From Spizellomyces punctatus DAOM BR117 (taxonomy: Eukaryota), in assembly GCA_000182565.2 (NCBI GenBank), contig KQ257456.1: DNA of 64,000 nt; one strand, written 5' to 3'. Every line of letters starts with the position of its first letter. Position 1 is the first letter of the stretch. Both the position numbers and the translations under genes were made by a program. Below the pieces are notes generated by a model. The model made no database searches and was not told the DNA's origin. It saw nothing but the letters and a program-made list of their open reading frames with translations. Positions 63,576-64,000 of this stretch are shown one piece after another.

Positions 63576-64000
63576 TTAAAAACCATTAAAGCCATTTACC
63601 CCGCTGTAGGCTCCTGGCGGTACAATAGGTCCGCCTGGTGCACCACCGTAGCCAGGTGCTCCACCATAACCGGCTCCGACTGGGGCTCCGCCATATGTGA
63701 TCATCAATGGATTTCCAAGGGCTGGCATAATGGTCGTTTCTATGTTGTAAAACAAGTCAGAGAAGACGATCACAGCCGTAGTTAAATGAAGAACACAAAC
63801 CTTGTTTCTCCTTTTCTTCTTCCTTGGCTGTCCTTTCAGTATTGGCCTTCTCCAACTTGTCTACTTTTCCCATGTACTCGCGTACAGTCTGGATGAAGTA
63901 TGGCATGGCAAAGTCATTCAATCGGTTCCTCCACGCAAGTTCCATTATCACGTCCGGCCTCAACAAATCGTAGCAAGTAAATAGACACGCAGCAAAGCAG
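63576..64000 (-). CDS. CHC1: Clathrin heavy chain, 3' end (runs off the window)
   Basis: CFAACLFTCYDLLRPDVIMELAWRNRLNDFAMPYFIQ..; final exon LMITYG..NGF*. Confidence 0.93.

Overview
Intron-rich, gene-dense fungal DNA, most likely a Spizellomycetales chytrid, because the element at the left edge closely resembles the Spizellomyces punctatus Fanzor as I recall it. The main result is an RNA-guided Fanzor/OMEGA system present in two forms. (1) At 26-2756 (-) is a full-length TIR element with a Fanzor1 pseudogene, an intact omegaRNA, a TA target-site duplication and a CATA TAM flank. The ORF was killed by nine TGA stops at inferred CGA (Arg) codons and by a truncated LTR retrotransposon that removed the RuvC-II glutamate. 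(2) At 12330-13083 (+) is a 754-bp non-autonomous 'ghost' element with no intact Fanzor ORF. It has its own CATA/TA flanks, a diverged omegaRNA with paired stem substitutions, a different guide, and intron-like cargo. All four element ends share GTG-N16-TGGCACTAG at identical spacing. A second accessory zone (49.6-55.7 kb) is a ~510-bp tandem duplication split by a 5.1-kb patchwork insertion containing an OHCU decarboxylase fragment, an ATP-grasp fragment, CpG-depleted repeats and a frameshifted putative nuclease-fold gene. The rest is mostly recognisable host genes: Sec9-like SNARE, Pho80-like cyclin, GDSL lipase, class C GPCR, F-box protein, DDX60-like helicase, GH26, Opy2-like protein, Hrq1, alpha-arrestin, MFS transporter, TMEM63/CSC1 channel, Set1, erythromycin-esterase family protein, TMEM242-like protein, thioesterase and the 3' end of clathrin heavy chain. 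Family calls rest on motif recognition from memory; no database search was run.
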